From the NCBI GenBank assembly GCA_965197585.1, contig OZ240215.1, forward strand, positions 384,001 to 448,000: a DNA stretch of 64,000 bases. Direction: 5' to 3'. Source of the DNA: Dehalococcoidia bacterium (GTDB lineage: Bacteria; Chloroflexota; Dehalococcoidia; Plut-88900). Positions within the stretch are counted from its first letter, which is position 1. Each line of letters starts with the position of its first letter. Of this stretch, positions 51,402 through 60,717 are shown piece after piece. Both the position numbers and the translations under genes were made by a program. Under the pieces are notes generated by a model. It was not told the DNA's origin and made no database searches. It worked only from the letters and a program-made list of their open reading frames with translations.

Positions 51402-52847
51402 CTAGGCACTCTGCCGGTACCAGCAGCCGCCCCTCTCGTCCCGGAACAGGGTGGCCTCCACCCCGTCTTCATCCCTTACCCGGTAGTAGGTTCGGGTCAG
51501 GGGCCGGGACATCCACCACAGGTCGAAGCCCCACTCCTCCTCGATGTGGGCCACCCTTTTCCACCGGCTCCCCAGCCGCACGGCCTCGGGCCTACGGTCC
51601 CGTCCCTCCCGCACGACAACAGGTATGGGACTCGACATGGGTCTCACATCGGCTCCCCCTGAGGAGTCGATAGGGATACGCACAACCCGCATCTCGGGGG
51701 CCGGGTGCCAGGGGGCAACCTCGACCACCCGGTAAAGCGAGGGGCTCCCACCCGTGCGGGCCCGCAGGCCCCTGTCCACCTCGACCAGTCGCCGCTTATC
51801 CGACTCCCTGGCCTCGGGAAGCAGTCCCATCTGCACTCCCGACTCCCCGGTCAGGTCGTCCAGGGTCAGGGTCACGTCCTCTACGGGCCCCGACGGGTGT
51901 TCCTCCTCCAGCCGGGCCTTGATTATCGATAAGGCTCGCTTCCGGTTTCCAACGCCTCCCTTGAAAGAGAACTCCCTGGCCCAGGTAGGACCTCCTTCCA
52001 GGGCACACTCCAGCAGCGCTTTACCGGCATAGCGGCCCTTCATCGAAGGACGCGAGAAGGCACTCGCCAAGAGGGTGTCCACCACGGTGATGAGCAGTTC
52101 CAGGGATGCGGATGAGAAGGGGAGGGATGAGCGCTCGACTATAGTCTCGGTGTGGGCTAAGGGTACGACGGGGGTGTCATCCATGCCCCGGGAGAGGCGC
52201 CATGCACTCCGCCCCTCGGCTCCGAACCGGTCAATCATGGGTGCCTCTGTCAGCGAGCCCACGTCACCCAGGGTGTGGAGGCCGAACCGGTGCAGGGCTG
52301 CCCGCAGGTCGGCGGGTACAGGGAGCAGGTCGACGGGGTGAGGGGCAAGGAATGACACGGCATCAATAGGAACCTGGGTGGCCCTTAGGGGACCGCTCGC
52401 CTTGGCGGCTACGAAGGCTGGGAACTTGGCCTCGGCGACGCCGACCCTCGGGGCAAGGTCCTGGGGGACGGCGTTCAGCAGTGCGTTGACCAGCCGAGCT
52501 TCGCCACCGTGCAGGTGCTCCAGGCCGTCCAGACGGACATAGGCCGTACCCAGCCCCGATCCCTCCACCCGGTCACTGATTCCCTGCAGGGAGGCGATAA
52601 CTTGAGCGAACACCCTGCGGTAGTGAGGCTCGTCGGCTTCGAGGACGAGAGCGGTGGGTTGGATGGAGAGGGCTTCCTCTAAGGTATCGCCGGGGGATAC
52701 GCCACTGGCGGAAGGCGTGGAGTCGACCACCTGTGATCTTCCCATGGAGCGCTCTACGATGATGGCGGGGATGTTCTTCAGGTTGGGATGGCGGCGCATC
52801 TCGACCTTGGCTCTAAGGTGGGTGATGAGTAAACAGGCAACCTTCAT
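51402..52847 (-). CDS. imuB: ImuB-like inactive Y-family polymerase
   Basis: Y-family fold lacking the catalytic DE motif, FGLHTLGDV, clamp-like QMGLL, C-terminal WW..RTYYRV..LFRD..W. Confidence 0.85.
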   Translation of the reverse strand: MKVACLLITHLRAKVEMRRHPNLKNIPAIIVERSMGRSQVVDSTPSASGVSPGDTLEEALSIQPTALVLEADEPHYRRVFAQVIASLQGISDRVEGSGLGTAYVRLDGLEHLHGGEARLVNALLNAVPQDLAPRVGVAEAKFPAFVAAKASGPLRATQVPIDAVSFLAPHPVDLLPVPADLRAALHRFGLHTLGDVGSLTEAPMIDRFGAEGRSAWRLSRGMDDTPVVPLAHTETIVERSSLPFSSASLELLITVVDTLLASAFSRPSMKGRYAGKALLECALEGGPTWAREFSFKGGVGNRKRALSIIKARLEEEHPSGPVEDVTLTLDDLTGESGVQMGLLPEARESDKRRLVEVDRGLRARTGGSPSLYRVVEVAPWHPAPEMRVVRIPIDSSGGADVRPMSSPIPVVVREGRDRRPEAVRLGSRWKRVAHIEEEWGFDLWWMSRPLTRTYYRVRDEDGVEATLFRDERGGCWYRQSA

Positions 52848-52889
52848 GACGGTTCTTGGGTGGAGACAACTCAGAGGATTGGGCAGGGG

Positions 52890-52920
52890 GAAGGATATAG
52901 AACATGCGTGCTTTTGTCAA
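52890..52920 (-). promoter_or_regulatory. SOS promoter of imuB-dnaE2 with a LexA box
   Basis: Minus strand TTGACA-17 nt-TATCCT; GAAC-ATGC-GTGC at 52900-52911. Confidence 0.75.
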
Positions 52921-53137
52921 GCAAATGCGGTTGCCGTAATAGCCCAATGAAGTTGGTTGAGGTATCTTGCTGTGCATTGCCGTTCGACCGTTGGGCGATA
53001 TAGACGAAAGTAGCAGGCGCACCGGAGATGCCATTGTCACCACGTGGATCATCGTACCTCCCTGGTCGGCGACGGCGCGTTAGAAGGCCTTCCGAAGGGA
53101 GGGCTGGATCTTGATACCGATATAGAACAGTTGGCTG

Positions 53138-53810
53138 GATTTAAGAGGTAGCATGGTTATTGAGTAAGCACATTAGAACTGCCGCACTGGCAATGGGGGT
53201 TTACCCCCCCTCCTCCCCGTAATACGCAATCCCTCGCCTGTAGGGGCATGAGGATGCGAATAGCCACCCCGTGAACGGCGTGGCCTCCATCGACCGGACC
53301 ATAGTGGTTCTTCCCAATGGCAAGGAGTGTCGCGTTATGCCCACCGACCTGAGAGTCGGGCAGACGCAGGCCATAACCGTTGACATGGTCGGCAAGGTTT
53401 GCAGATAGACTGCAAGCAAACACTATGAGCCCTTCTTCAGCACGTCGGCCAACTCATTGCGCCGCTTCTCTAACAATGCGTTGTAGGTGGTGTCTAGGAG
53501 CAGTCAGTCGCCTACTTCTCCGAGTCCATGGAGGATAGGACGACCTGCTGATTTTTTGCAGGGGTAGAGATTTAGGGGGCGGCATGGCTATTGAGTAAGC
53601 ACATTAGAACTGCCGCGCTGCCAATGGGGGTTTACCCCCCTCCTCCCCGTAATACGCAATCCCTCGCCTGTAGGGGCATGAGGATGTGAATAGCCACCCC
53701 TCGGACGGCGTGGCCTCCATCGACCGGACCATAGTGGTTCTTCCCAATGGCAAGGAGCGTCGCGTTATGCCCACCGACCTGAGAGTCGGGCAGACGCAGG
53801 CCATAACCGT
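53138..53810. repeat. Near-identical direct repeat of about 242 bp (53138-53380 and 53569-53810)
   Basis: The two copies align end to end with few substitutions. Confidence 0.95.
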
Positions 53811-54328
53811 AGCCCGTACTGAACCGCCCTCTACTACCCGGCCAGCCCCGGCGCAGGCAGCACTTCCGCGTATCCAGCCTCCGTCTGAAATTTCGACTGC
53901 ACAGATGGATCTTGTTTCTGCATTTCCTTGCAAGGGAATCCTATTTCGCCTGCTGGCATTCCAACCAGTCTGTGCGTTCAATATCCCCTTGTTCGAAGCG
54001 GGCTGTAACGCTAACGGGGAATTGGCCAACAATGATGGCTCAAAACGGGCGATAAGCGGTTATCGTATGGTTGCGAGTATCGCATTTGTCACGGAGTTAT
54101 GGGCATTTGCACCCCACGGTTTATCCGATCAATGAACTAGGTAAGGGAGGGAACCATGCAGGAAAAGAAAGGTCGAGATGACATTGGCTTGGAGACTCAA
54201 TTCGACCATAAGGGAGCGGCCACGCGAGTGGTGGCCCGCAACCAAAGAGAGGTGGGTCGCCAGGGTTTCGCGCTTGACGACCAGAGCTTGACCGTTACGA
54301 ATCAGAGGAAAACTAGGAGGTGATTAGG

Positions 54329-54538
54329 ATGAAAGAGAAAATCCTGAGGCGTCGAGAGGTCGAAAAGATCACAGGCTTGAGCTACTCAACCATATATCGG
54401 CAGATGCCGAATGGTCAGTTTCCTCGGCAGGTAAGTGTCGGCGATAGAGCTGTCGGGTGGAGGGCAAGCGAAGTCTACGCTTGGATTAAGTCAAGGCCAT
54501 CGGCTCAAGGAGAAGATGGCGGTCTCACCGAGGACTGA
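54329..54538 (+). CDS. AlpA-family regulator or excisionase
   Basis: ILRRREVEKITGLSYSTIYRQM..GQFPRQVSVGDRAVGWRASEV. Confidence 0.92.
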   Translation: MKEKILRRREVEKITGLSYSTIYRQMPNGQFPRQVSVGDRAVGWRASEVYAWIKSRPSAQGEDGGLTED

Positions 54539-54580
54539 GCGCGATCATCGTGATCAACGTCCAAACTTGGATCCGTTGCT

Positions 54581-55150
54581 TCAACCCTCCATCAGTGGGC
54601 CAGTCAAGTAATCTGCCCACGTTTGCATCAGTGCCCTGTGGCGTTCGAACAGGTCTGACCTGGCTAGGCCAGCTCAGTTGAATTGGCTTGGGTGCGGGCA
54701 AGGGCCGCCCCTGAGACAGCCAAGGGCGAATCCGTTTGCTCGAGTGTCCAAATCTTAGAGCTGGTGCGAAAGCCACGAACAGTCGCGCGCGCCGCGATCC
54801 CCGCAGAGTCGATGACCCTTGTCAGCGTAATGTCAGAAAGCTGTGCTCCACGCTTCTGAGGAGATGGGAACACCAAGTTGGTCTCGTCACGCAGGGCAGA
54901 TATCTAACTAAGCAGTTCAACCGCTTGCCTGCACAGGGGCACACGGTGGCCCAAGCCCGCTTTCATCCGCCGGAATTGTATCCGCCATACTCGGCCTTAG
55001 AGATCGATCTCACTCCAGGTTGCGCCACGGGCTACGCCTGAGCGCGCAGACGCGAGAACCAAGAACCGTAGGTACAGTCTTGCGGCTCTGGAAGCCTGGG
55101 ACGCCTCGACCGTCTCAAGAACTGAACCGACCTCTTCATAGGGCATTGCT
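54581..55150 (-). pseudogene. Catalytic-domain remnant of a tyrosine integrase
   Basis: AMPYEEV..ARSG..WSEIDL*..ATVRGFRTS..RSDLFER; several stops; paralog of 62732-63928. Confidence 0.85.
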
Positions 55151-55224
55151 TTTTCGCATAGTGATAAGGATAGTGATAACTTATAAGCATGGGCATAGCA
55201 TTTATACCTAGAAGTTCGGTCCCT

Positions 55225-55299
55225 TGGTACCCCCGGCGGGACTCGAACCCACGCTTCCAGCTCCGGAGGCTGGCACTCTATCCTCTGAGCTACGGGGGC
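55225..55299 (-). tRNA. tRNA-Arg(CCG)
   Basis: GCCCCCGTAGCTCAG..CCAGC-CTCCGGA-GCTGG..GTTCGAGTC..CCA. Confidence 0.97.
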
Positions 55300-55427
55300 G
55301 TGCCTAAAGGATAGTCCTGCTCACAGGTGGGCGCAAGGATGATACAGGCATAGATGTCCTGTTACTGGACGGTCTAACAACCCTTCGCCTCGGGAGCCGT
55401 AGCCTTCGGAGAACCCACTCCTGATGC

Positions 55428-56834
55428 TCACTCCTCTTTTTCAATCTCTTCAGCCTGTTGCTCCGACGGAGTGGCGAGAGCATGAGGCAGAATTCGTCCT
55501 TCCAGGCTCGCTCGAATCCCGGCCTTGTCGCCCGAGAAGAGCGGTTGAAGCGCGAGGGGCGCCAGCAGGGTGGTCACTATGGTCATGAATACTGTGACCC
55601 CGAAAAGCTCGCCCCCGATTACCCCCTTGCTCAGGCCGATGCCGGCAATGATTAACGCAACTTCGCCCCTGGGAAGCATCCCAAACCCTATCCTGGAGGC
55701 GCCTAGCTTGTTGAATCCCAGACCCAGGGCGGGAAGTCCGGAGCCAAATACTTTGGAGACGATGGCCAAGGCTGAGAGAACCAAGCCGAACACAAGCACT
55801 CCTCCGAATAGGGTCACGTCCACCTGCATCCCCTGCACTACGAAAAAGATGGGGACCAGGGCATCGTGCAAGACCACGAAAGGAGGGTCCAATCGGCGTT
55901 CCCCGCTTTCGGCCCCTTCCGGAGAATGTACGAGCACCTCAGCAAGCTTGGTGCCTGAAAGCGCGAGACCGGTGGCGTACGCCCCGATGATAAAGGCTAG
56001 GCCAAAGCTCTCTGCTAGCCCGGAAGATAGCAGCGCGAGACCTAGCGAAATCACGATCGCCGCTCCCGTTACCTTTAGCGACAGGATGAACTTCGATAAA
56101 TACTTGGAGACCAGCAACCCTCCCCCGAACCAGACGACCAGAAAACCCGCTGCCTTCCCTCCTACGATCAGTATGTCAGTGATAGAAACTGCGCCAGTAT
56201 CGGCAACGCCCACGGCCAAGGTTAGGATAAGGATGCCGAGGATGTCGTCGATAACGGCGGCCGCCAAGATGGTGACCCCCTCCGGCGTAGCGAGCTTCTT
56301 CCTTTCGCTCAAGACTCGGGCGGTGATGCCTACAGAGGTCGCGGTCATGGCGGCGCCCATAAAGAGGGCCTCAGCGCTGCCTATGCCGTCTGCATAGCCG
56401 AACATGATGGTCGCGACAACACCCAAGATGAAGGGAACGATGACGCCGCCGAGGGCGATGACCGAGCCCGGTTTGGCGTAGCGCATGAACTGCCCAAGGT
56501 TCGTTTCCAGCCCAACGAAAAAGAGAAGGACAATAACCGCGATCTCAGATATGGAGAACAGCTCTAGGCTTATGGCCTCGGTCGGAATGTCAGGCTTGGG
56601 AAAAAGGGTTCCAAGACCCGAGCCGGGAATAATCTTGCCCAGGTTGATGTAGTTGCCCAAGGCGTATGGGCCTATGGCCACACCTATCAGCAATTCCCCG
56701 ATGACGGCTGGGAGCTTCAGAAAACGTGTGAATACCTCGCCTCCAAGCTTGGCCATAATCAGGATTACGCCGAGTTGGAAGACCAGGTGAGTTACGGCCT
56801 CAAAGACGTTGGACTCACCACCGGCAAACAGCAA
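55428..56834 (-). CDS. Cation:proton antiporter (CPA2, NapA-like)
   Basis: VIGELLIGVAIGP, LFFVGLET, ATSVGIT, AAVIDD, GMLPRGEV. Confidence 0.92.
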   Translation of the reverse strand: MLFAGGESNVFEAVTHLVFQLGVILIMAKLGGEVFTRFLKLPAVIGELLIGVAIGPYALGNYINLGKIIPGSGLGTLFPKPDIPTEAISLELFSISEIAVIVLLFFVGLETNLGQFMRYAKPGSVIALGGVIVPFILGVVATIMFGYADGIGSAEALFMGAAMTATSVGITARVLSERKKLATPEGVTILAAAVIDDILGILILTLAVGVADTGAVSITDILIVGGKAAGFLVVWFGGGLLVSKYLSKFILSLKVTGAAIVISLGLALLSSGLAESFGLAFIIGAYATGLALSGTKLAEVLVHSPEGAESGERRLDPPFVVLHDALVPIFFVVQGMQVDVTLFGGVLVFGLVLSALAIVSKVFGSGLPALGLGFNKLGASRIGFGMLPRGEVALIIAGIGLSKGVIGGELFGVTVFMTIVTTLLAPLALQPLFSGDKAGIRASLEGRILPHALATPSEQQAEEIEKEE

Positions 56835-57009
56835 GTTATATCCTCAGTGTTCGGGAACTTGGCTGATGTGGCTTGCCGTCTGCGGAGGGTCTCAGGGGTA
56901 TGAATAGGCGGGAAAACAAGGATATTTCAACAAGGTGAGATAGCGATGGCAGTTATCGGCACGGAGTATACCACGCAGTAGGCTACGCTAACGGGTAGGC
57001 CTCCTTAAC

Positions 57010-57038
57010 TTGACAGTCATATATGAGCTATTTATCAT
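57010..57038 (+). promoter_or_regulatory. Sigma70-type promoter upstream of glmU
   Basis: TTGACA-17 nt-TATCAT. Confidence 0.7.
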
Positions 57039-57181
57039 TTGCTCAGAGATTGAGATGATTGAGCTCGACGACCCTCCACATAGTAGGTCGACAGCCCGAA
57101 TAACCACATACTTGGACTAGCAGTCCTTTCTCCTCCCTCGCGCGTTCGGCGTGGAAGAGAGAGGGCTTATTTTATACAAAA

Positions 57182-58534
57182 ATGGCAACATGGGCAGGGG
57201 TAATTTTAGCAGCGGGTAAAGGCTCCCGGATGAAGAGCCGCACCCCCAAACCTCTGCACCGGATAGCGGGCAGGGAGATGCTCTCTTGGGTCCGGCATGC
57301 AGTGTCGGAGACGCCGGTTGGTTTGACAGTAACCGTAGTCGGGCCGGAATTCCCGGTTAACTGTGGGGAGTCTTCTAACGGTGCAAAAGATGTCGTACAA
57401 CGGGAGAGACTGGGCACGGGTCATGCATTGCTCCAAACCGAGGCCCTGCTGGAGGGTCGCGCCGACCATGTGCTGGTGTTAAACGGCGATATGCCGCTCA
57501 TCAGCAGCGATACCCTAAACCTCATGATGGACCGGCACCTGGACGCCGAGGCAGTGCTCACCCTTCTAACTTGCGAAGTCGAAAACCCCGGACAGATGGG
57601 CAGGATGGTACGGGGGGGCCAGGGCGAAATTACTGAGATAGTCGAATGGAAAGAAGCGGGGCCCGAAGCCTTGGCCTCGAACGAGGTCTGCTGCGGGGCC
57701 TATTGCTTCCGCTCCGACTGGCTCTGGCCTGCGCTCCGAGCCCTCCCGCCTGCACCTAACGGGGAGTATTACATAACCACCCTGGTTGATAGCGCTTTCC
57801 GCAACGGCTTTCCCGTGGAAAGTGTTGCACCGATTAATTTTTATGAGGCATTGGGCGTCAATGATCGCGCAGACTTAGCGCGAGTCACTGCTGTCGTCTT
57901 TGAGAGAACCCGGCAGCATCTCATGGCGGATGGAGTCACCCTCATCGATCCGGCAAGCACATTCGTAGATGCCACGGTGCAGGTGGGCAAGGACACCCTT
58001 CTGCAGCCTGGGGTAATTGTCCAGGGCCAAACCTGCATAGGCGAAGGCTGCGACATAGGACCCAACGCAATAATAAAAGACTCAATCATCGGAGACGAAT
58101 GCCGTATTCAAGGATCAGTAATTGAAGAGAGTTCTCTAGCGCATAGGGTGCAGGTAGGCCCGTATTGCCATCTGCGTCCCGGGACCCGACTGGACGAGGA
58201 CGTGCACATCGGGAACTACGTGGAGGTGAAGGAGACGGTCATGGGACGGGGAACGAAGGTAGGGCACTTCAGCTACCTGGGTGACGCCGAAATCGGGGCT
58301 GGTGTGAACATCGGAGCAGGTACCGTTACTTGTAACTACGATGGTTCGGAAAAGCATCGGACTGTAATCGGAGACGGGGCTTTCATAGGGTCGGACTCTA
58401 TGTTGGTGGCCCCGGTACATGTCGGGGCCCGAGCCGTCACAGGCGCTGGGTCCGTGGTGACTAAGGACTTGCCGGAGGGAGCGTTGGCGTTCGGTGTTCC
58501 GGCGCGAGAAAAGCCGAGGACGGAAGGCTGCTAG
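57182..58534 (+). CDS. glmU: Bifunctional UDP-GlcNAc pyrophosphorylase/GlcN-1-P acetyltransferase
   Basis: ILAAGKGSRMKS..PK, GTGHA, GVNDR, hexapeptide repeats, NIGAGTVTCNYDG. Confidence 0.97.
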   Translation: MATWAGVILAAGKGSRMKSRTPKPLHRIAGREMLSWVRHAVSETPVGLTVTVVGPEFPVNCGESSNGAKDVVQRERLGTGHALLQTEALLEGRADHVLVLNGDMPLISSDTLNLMMDRHLDAEAVLTLLTCEVENPGQMGRMVRGGQGEITEIVEWKEAGPEALASNEVCCGAYCFRSDWLWPALRALPPAPNGEYYITTLVDSAFRNGFPVESVAPINFYEALGVNDRADLARVTAVVFERTRQHLMADGVTLIDPASTFVDATVQVGKDTLLQPGVIVQGQTCIGEGCDIGPNAIIKDSIIGDECRIQGSVIEESSLAHRVQVGPYCHLRPGTRLDEDVHIGNYVEVKETVMGRGTKVGHFSYLGDAEIGAGVNIGAGTVTCNYDGSEKHRTVIGDGAFIGSDSMLVAPVHVGARAVTGAGSVVTKDLPEGALAFGVPAREKPRTEGC

Positions 58535-58549
58535 GCTGAACGGAGCTAG

Positions 58550-59476
58550 ATGATAGAAGAGATGCAGCAAGAGGCGGGGCAGGCACAAAGGAAGGTGGGC
58601 AACGGCCGATCTAGGCCGGGCAACGGGTCTAAGGGCGGGTTCTGGGGCTGGCTACTGTCCCTGTTTGGACGGTCTCGAAGATCGAGAGAGGATGCTGCTC
58701 CGACCTTCGTAGATGAGGAGGGCCAAGCCCAGAGCCTGGAGGAAGATGAGACCCAGATGGTCCGGTCAATCCTGGAGCTGGACAAGACCCTCGCCAGGGA
58801 GATTATGGTCCCCCGCATTGACATCGTTGCGCTTGATGCAACGTCCTCCATTACCGAGTTGGTACGAACGGTGATAGACGCGGGTGTGAGCCGTATCCCG
58901 ATATATGAAAACACCATCGACAACGTAGTCGGGGTTGTGTATGCCAAGGATGTGCTGCGCTACTGGGGGCAGGCTGGGGACGGACTGAGCCTTACACAGA
59001 TAGCCCGGTCTCCCCACTTCATCCCTGAGACGAAACGGGTGGACGAACTCCTACAGGAGTTCAGGAAGAAGCGTGTCCACATGGCCATTGTGGTTGACGA
59101 ATACGGGGGAGTAGCGGGACTGGTGAGCCTGGAAGACCTGATGGAAGAGATAGTCGGGGAAATAGAAGACGAATTCGATATCGGCGAGCCGCAGATCGAG
59201 ACCATAAGTCCCGGGGAAGTTATAATGGATGCCGCGGTCAGCATCGATGATCTGAACGAAGCCCTGTCGTTGGATATCCAAGGCGAGGACTTCGACACGG
59301 TGGGGGGATTCATCTTCGACCGCTTGGGCAAGATTCCAGTCCCTGGAGACGAGATACGTGAGGATGGGTTCCTGGTCTCTGTGCTTACCACTACTGGAAG
59401 ACGAATACGCAAGGTAAAGATAACCAAGGCTTCTGACCCCAATAACGGGGCTGAACTCGCGTCCTCGTCTTCCTGA
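58550..59476 (+). CDS. CorC/HlyC CBS-pair protein
   Basis: REIMVPR, SRIPIY, AIVVDEYGG..GLVSLEDLMEEIVGEIEDEFD, CorC domain. Confidence 0.9.
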   Translation: MIEEMQQEAGQAQRKVGNGRSRPGNGSKGGFWGWLLSLFGRSRRSREDAAPTFVDEEGQAQSLEEDETQMVRSILELDKTLAREIMVPRIDIVALDATSSITELVRTVIDAGVSRIPIYENTIDNVVGVVYAKDVLRYWGQAGDGLSLTQIARSPHFIPETKRVDELLQEFRKKRVHMAIVVDEYGGVAGLVSLEDLMEEIVGEIEDEFDIGEPQIETISPGEVIMDAAVSIDDLNEALSLDIQGEDFDTVGGFIFDRLGKIPVPGDEIREDGFLVSVLTTTGRRIRKVKITKASDPNNGAELASSSS

Positions 59477-59544
59477 AGCTCGGACGAGAGTAGAATTGCC
59501 CGCTTCGCTCAAAGGCGGGCCGACACTTTGGAGGAGGCAAAGCA

Positions 59545-60675
59545 GTGGGTGACTACAGAATTATTTCATCAGACAACCACATCGTGGAACCCCCCGACCT
59601 TTGGACGGAAAGGCTTCCAGCCGACTTGAAGGAGCGGGGACCTCAAGTGTCGCATACTCCGGACGGGCCATTTTGGATCATAGACGGCATGACCCACTTC
59701 AACATCTTTGCCATGGGCGCCCAGCCGGGGGTCAGGTTGGAAGACGGCGGTGATCTAAAGCAGGTGGAAGAGTGGGAGGATGTGAGACCGGGTGCGTACA
59801 TCGGGGAGGAAGCGGTCAAGGACATGGATATAGACGGGTTGGACGTGGGTCTGGTCTACCCGAGCCTCACCATCTTTCTCTACCCCTTCGTGGAGGACAG
59901 CAATCTGCTGACGGCCATAGATAGGTCATACAACGACTTTGCAGCGGAGTTTTGTCAGGCTAACCCGCGCCGATTGAAGGGTGTAGCGGTCATCAACATA
60001 GATGACGTGGAAGACGGTGTGGAGGAGATCAAGCGGTGTGTCAAGAAGGGATTCGTCGGAGCTACAATCCCCGAATACATGGCCGCAAAAAGCTATCGAT
60101 CCCGCGACTACGACCCACTCTGGGAGTGTGCCCAGGACTTGGGTATTCCCCTCACCTTCCACATCTCGACTGCCAGGGTTCAGGCGGGCCGAGGCTGGGA
60201 CCGTGACCTGCTCGACCCCTTCGACTTTGCCAACTTCCTCCTTCATAACGCCGACTTCTGGGTTCGAGTCTCCTTAACCGAGGTAATCCTAGGCGGCGTA
60301 TTCGAACGGTTCCCGAAACTGAATATAGGCGTAGCCGAACACGAGCTAAGCTGGATACCGTATTGGCTGGAACGTATGGACTTCAGCTACAACGATAGGC
60401 CTGCCGGCCGCGACGGATACCGCATTCCCGGCGACCTCCTGCCCAGCGACGTTTTCCACACCAACTGCTTCGCAGACTTCCAGGAGGATGCGCTCGGCAT
60501 CCAGAACCGGGACATCATAGGTGTGGACAACATCCTCTGGGGCTCTGACTACCCTCATTCTGAGGGAACGTGGCCCAAGTCCCGAGATTTCATCGAAACT
60601 ACTTTGGCTGATTGCACTGAAGAGGAGAGGGCCAAGCTGGTCGGTGGGAATACGGCCAGGATATACGGGATATAA
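59545..60675 (+). CDS. Amidohydrolase family 2 protein
   Basis: ISSDNHIVEPPDLW, FHI, LWGSDYPHSEGTWP. Confidence 0.9.
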   Translation: MGDYRIISSDNHIVEPPDLWTERLPADLKERGPQVSHTPDGPFWIIDGMTHFNIFAMGAQPGVRLEDGGDLKQVEEWEDVRPGAYIGEEAVKDMDIDGLDVGLVYPSLTIFLYPFVEDSNLLTAIDRSYNDFAAEFCQANPRRLKGVAVINIDDVEDGVEEIKRCVKKGFVGATIPEYMAAKSYRSRDYDPLWECAQDLGIPLTFHISTARVQAGRGWDRDLLDPFDFANFLLHNADFWVRVSLTEVILGGVFERFPKLNIGVAEHELSWIPYWLERMDFSYNDRPAGRDGYRIPGDLLPSDVFHTNCFADFQEDALGIQNRDIIGVDNILWGSDYPHSEGTWPKSRDFIETTLADCTEEERAKLVGGNTARIYGI

Positions 60676-60717
60676 GCGGAATCCCAGGCTAGAGGGAATA
60701 GGGGTGTTGGAGGGCGG

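Larger units (their letters stand above)
42521..55241. mobile_element. Integrative element of about 12.7 kb inserted in the 3' end of tRNA-Arg(CCG)
   Basis: att core TGGTACCCTCGGCGAGA (42521-42537) vs TGGTACCCCCGGCGGGA (55225-55241); TAGTGATAA motifs near both ends; integrase and AlpA inside. Confidence 0.8.

Noticed and set aside
53138-53810. Direct repeat as a DGR template/variable repeat pair
   Set aside because: No reverse transcriptase in the window, and the differences are not adenine-specific
55374-55430. Antiporter TGA followed by a hairpin and short frame as a Sec extension
   Set aside because: The protein is already complete with an acidic tail, and the hairpin is weak
55570-56397. 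Long antisense ORFs (also 34356-35339, 5109-5879 and many inside dnaE2)
   Set aside because: Shadow frames of high-GC genes with no recognisable motifs
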